This document shows, one piece after another, positions 61,338 through 64,000 of a stretch of DNA of 64,000 nt. The translations under genes and the position numbers were made by a program. This stretch comes from Minisyncoccota bacterium. Its GTDB lineage: Bacteria; Patescibacteriota; Minisyncoccia; Phycocordibacterales; UBA2100. The DNA is taken from assembly GCA_965267345.1 (NCBI GenBank), contig OZ253947.1, forward strand, positions 3,648 through 67,647, read 5' to 3'. Every line of letters begins with the position of its first letter. The stretch's first letter is position 1. Under the pieces are notes generated by a model that worked only from the letters and a program-made list of their open reading frames with translations, was not told the origin of the DNA and did no database searches.

Positions 61338-64000
61338 ATGCCGCAATTTGAAGGACGCGCTCCTGAACAGTTTGACCCACGTCAGCCATCGGAAGGATTC
61401 TCTTCGTCGGAGGAAGAGCTCGCATACTTACGCGAGCGAGTACGCCGCAAAGAAGAGGAGCTCGAGATGCCCGCGGGTGACGAATTTGAGCGATCACGTG
61501 TCGCCAAGCGCGAAATCACGAGCTATCAAGATACGCCGAGCGAAGAGGTGCTCAAGAAAACGTATGAAATGCCCGAGAGCGAAATTCTCAAGAAGCAGCT
61601 CCACCTTGAGCCCGAAGAGCACGACGCACAGGTAGACGCTCTTTTGCAGATGGTGCCCGAGCGCGGCATCAAGAATACGCTTGCGGTGGTGCAGAAAATG
61701 GGCAGCGCACACCTTGAAGACGACATTCATCGCGCGCTCGTACAGTACGTCGCTGAAGGGTTCCCGACAAAGGGCGTTAAAGAGGGTACTGAGCTCTGGA
61801 AATCACTGCACATGACGCTCTACGAAGTCTCGCTTCCCGGACGCGTACTCGGCGAAGATGCGCGCGAGCAGGTGCAAGACTTAGAGAAGCTCCTCGCGTC
61901 AATGGAACAGTTCTACGCCGGCATGCTCAGTGTTGTTGGCACGGGCGCACGCAAAAAGAAAAATATCTTTTCTGTTGAGATTGCTGTGCAGCAGGGAAGT
62001 GAGGAAGCAGTATTTTACGTAAGCGTGCCGCGCAAGAAGCGAGAGTTGTTTGAAAAGCACGTCATTTCTATCTTTCCAAACGCCCGTATTGATGAGGTGC
62101 GCGGTGACTACAACATTTTCAACTACGGCGGCGCCCACGCGGCTGCGTATGGTGCACTCGAGCGTAATCCCGTATACCCACTGAAAGAGTACGATGCCTT
62201 TACGCACGACCCGCTCAACGTCATGCTCTCGGCATTCAGCAAGCTCAAAAAGCGCGGCGAGGGGGCGGCCATTCAGCTCGTCATCGGCGATGAAAAAGAC
62301 AAGTACAATAAGCAGTACAAGAAAGTACTTGATTTACTTCGCGAGGGAAAAAGTCCGGACGTAGCAATACGGCGTGGTACGTCGGCCGTACGAGAAGCAT
62401 TTGATGCAATTGCGAAAGAGCTCGGCGATGCACTGTTTAATCGCACCGGACCGGAGGAGCACAAGCCCGTTGACGATCTGACGCTCGAAATGATTAAGAA
62501 GAAAGCGCACAGTCGCATTGTGCCGGTGTCCGTTAGGATCCTTGCCTCAGCAGAGGAGGTAGACCGCGCCGACGACATTCTCGACAATATCATCTCAACG
62601 TTCAATCAGTTCGAAGATGCCCAAGGCAACAGCCTTGCTTTCACACGCGTACCGCGGCGCAAGCTCGGTGCATTTATGCGCGCCTTTACCTACCGCACTA
62701 TGGACTTCGCACGGGCGATACCACTCTCGCTTGCTGAGCTGACAGCGATGTACCACCTGACGGCCGGTGGCGTCTCGACATCGCGCGAGCTGAAGCAGTC
62801 GCGCGCGCGACAGGTGGCTGCACCAATCGAGGTATCATCTGATGAAGAAGAAGCACCAGCGCACACTACTGACGCGTCGGCGACGTCGCCACGCACATCA
62901 CGCGGGGTGGTCTTGGGAAAAAATACGTACGGCGGTTCTGAGACACTCGTGCGCTTCCAGCCTGAAGATCGCCTTCGCCACTTTTATGAGATTGGTCAGA
63001 CGGGTACCGGTAAGACCAACCTCATTAAAAACATGATTATTCAGGACATCCAGAACGGAGACGGCTGTGCCTATATTGATCCGCACGGCTCTGATATTCT
63101 GGACATTCTTGCGGCGATTCCGCCCGAGCGCCACGATGACGTCATTTACTTTGACCCCGCACACACGCAGCAACCGATGGCACTCAATATCATGGAATTT
63201 GACCCTGAGTGTCCCGACCAAAAGACATTCGTCGTGAACGAAATATTCAGCATCTTTGAAAAACTCTTCGGCGATGTTCCTGAGGCACTCGGGCCGATGT
63301 TCCAGCAGTACTTCCGCAATGCGGCCATGCTCGCCCTTGAAGGCATGGAGCCCGGAACGGCAACGATGGGTGACATTCCGCGAGTATTGGCAAATGCACA
63401 ATTCCGCAAGGAGTGTTTAGCACGCTCGCAAAATCCTGTTGTCAACCAATTCTGGGAGGAGATTGCCGAGAAGGCAGGCGGCGAAGCGTCGCTCGAAAAC
63501 GTCGTGCCCTACATCACCAGTAAGACCGATATCTTTTTGGGGAACGAGCTGATGCGCCCTATTGTGATGCAGGAGAAATCAGCCTTCAATTTCCGTGACA
63601 TCATGGATAATCGCAAGATTTTGCTGGTGAATCTCTCAAAGGGAAAGCTTGGCGACCTGAACTCAGAGCTGTTGGGTCTGATTGTCGTTGGTAAATTCCT
63701 GCAAGCGGCACTCGCGCGCGTTGATAATCTCGACGGCGATTTGCCGCCGTTCTATCTCTACATTGATGAGTTCCAAAACTTCACCACGCCGTCGATCGCC
63801 ACGATTCTCTCGGAAGCGCGAAAGTACAAGCTCTCGCTTAACATTGCCCACCAATTTATTGCACAACTTGATGAGAAGATTCGCGATGCGGTCTTTGGTA
63901 ACGTCGGCACCAAGTGTGTCTTTCGCGTCAGTACCGAAGATGCGGAGTTTCTTGAGAAGACGTTCAAGCCTGACTTTTATGCACATGATATTATGGGACT
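61338..64000 (+). CDS. TraD/VirD4/HerA-superfamily P-loop ATPase with ~430-aa N-terminal domain of unknown function, partial (runs off window end)
   Basis: Hand-translated open frame from ATG 61338 to the window end (more than 880 codons with no stop). Walker A HFYEIGQTGTGKTN; Walker B LPPFYLYIDEFQNF. No TM helices at the N-terminus. Not in the ORF track, presumably because it has no in-window stop. Confidence 0.6.
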   Translation, partial: MPQFEGRAPEQFDPRQPSEGFSSSEEELAYLRERVRRKEEELEMPAGDEFERSRVAKREITSYQDTPSEEVLKKTYEMPESEILKKQLHLEPEEHDAQVDALLQMVPERGIKNTLAVVQKMGSAHLEDDIHRALVQYVAEGFPTKGVKEGTELWKSLHMTLYEVSLPGRVLGEDAREQVQDLEKLLASMEQFYAGMLSVVGTGARKKKNIFSVEIAVQQGSEEAVFYVSVPRKKRELFEKHVISIFPNARIDEVRGDYNIFNYGGAHAAAYGALERNPVYPLKEYDAFTHDPLNVMLSAFSKLKKRGEGAAIQLVIGDEKDKYNKQYKKVLDLLREGKSPDVAIRRGTSAVREAFDAIAKELGDALFNRTGPEEHKPVDDLTLEMIKKKAHSRIVPVSVRILASAEEVDRADDILDNIISTFNQFEDAQGNSLAFTRVPRRKLGAFMRAFTYRTMDFARAIPLSLAELTAMYHLTAGGVSTSRELKQSRARQVAAPIEVSSDEEEAPAHTTDASATSPRTSRGVVLGKNTYGGSETLVRFQPEDRLRHFYEIGQTGTGKTNLIKNMIIQDIQNGDGCAYIDPHGSDILDILAAIPPERHDDVIYFDPAHTQQPMALNIMEFDPECPDQKTFVVNEIFSIFEKLFGDVPEALGPMFQQYFRNAAMLALEGMEPGTATMGDIPRVLANAQFRKECLARSQNPVVNQFWEEIAEKAGGEASLENVVPYITSKTDIFLGNELMRPIVMQEKSAFNFRDIMDNRKILLVNLSKGKLGDLNSELLGLIVVGKFLQAALARVDNLDGDLPPFYLYIDEFQNFTTPSIATILSEARKYKLSLNIAHQFIAQLDEKIRDAVFGNVGTKCVFRVSTEDAEFLEKTFKPDFYAHDIMG

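Overview
This 64-kb window is a high-GC (estimated 55-60% by eye) bacterial chromosome segment whose content points to a streamlined, CPR/Patescibacteria-like genome. That assignment is an inference from three things: rpsE is followed directly by rplO with no L30 gene, there are many pilus genes, and small protein-poor accessory islands are scattered through the window.

Core genes, in order:
- pnp, rpsO, a Xer-type tyrosine recombinase, xthA and a CCA-adding enzyme (cca).
- Three tRNAs (Arg-TCG, Gly-GCC, Gly-TCC) on the plus strand and tRNA-Pro-TGG on the minus strand; none encodes its CCA end.
- hup, pheA, rny, clpP-tig, ppa and nusA.
- A type IV pilus locus: pilB, pilC, a 58-aa Flp-like pilin ORF absent from the supplied ORF track, and three pilin-like genes.
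- tpiA-pgk, a HIT-family gene, recJ, rnhA and mscL.
- A split comEC with an antisense sodA between its two halves.
- rpmB and an M50 protease gene.
- A long ribosomal cluster: rpsL-rpsG-fusA-[antisense lipoprotein gene]-tuf-rpsJ-rplCDWB-rpsS-rplV-rpsC-rplP-rpmC-rpsQ-rplNXE-rpsZ-rpsH-rplFR-rpsE-rplO-secY-[two tandem guanylate-kinase-like genes]-adk-map.
- After map, a large TraD/VirD4-like P-loop ATPase that runs off the window end.

The most unusual material is non-coding:
- Three gene-free ~300-400 bp islets each carry a pair of perfect 22-26 bp palindromes with the core TCGATTAATCGA. Two of these islets lie downstream of tRNA 3' ends and contain partial copies of those tRNA 3' ends.
- A second palindrome family, ATGTCC(G/T)TTA inverted repeats, occurs at three sites.
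- A third family, TTTTCACGTGAAAA, has four consensus copies plus one TTTTCATATGAAAA variant bracketing a voltage-gated K+ channel gene. That gene sits in a 2.3-kb islet between the facing 3' ends of tRNA-Gly(GCC) and tRNA-Pro.

All functional calls rest on motif recognition by eye. No database search was possible.
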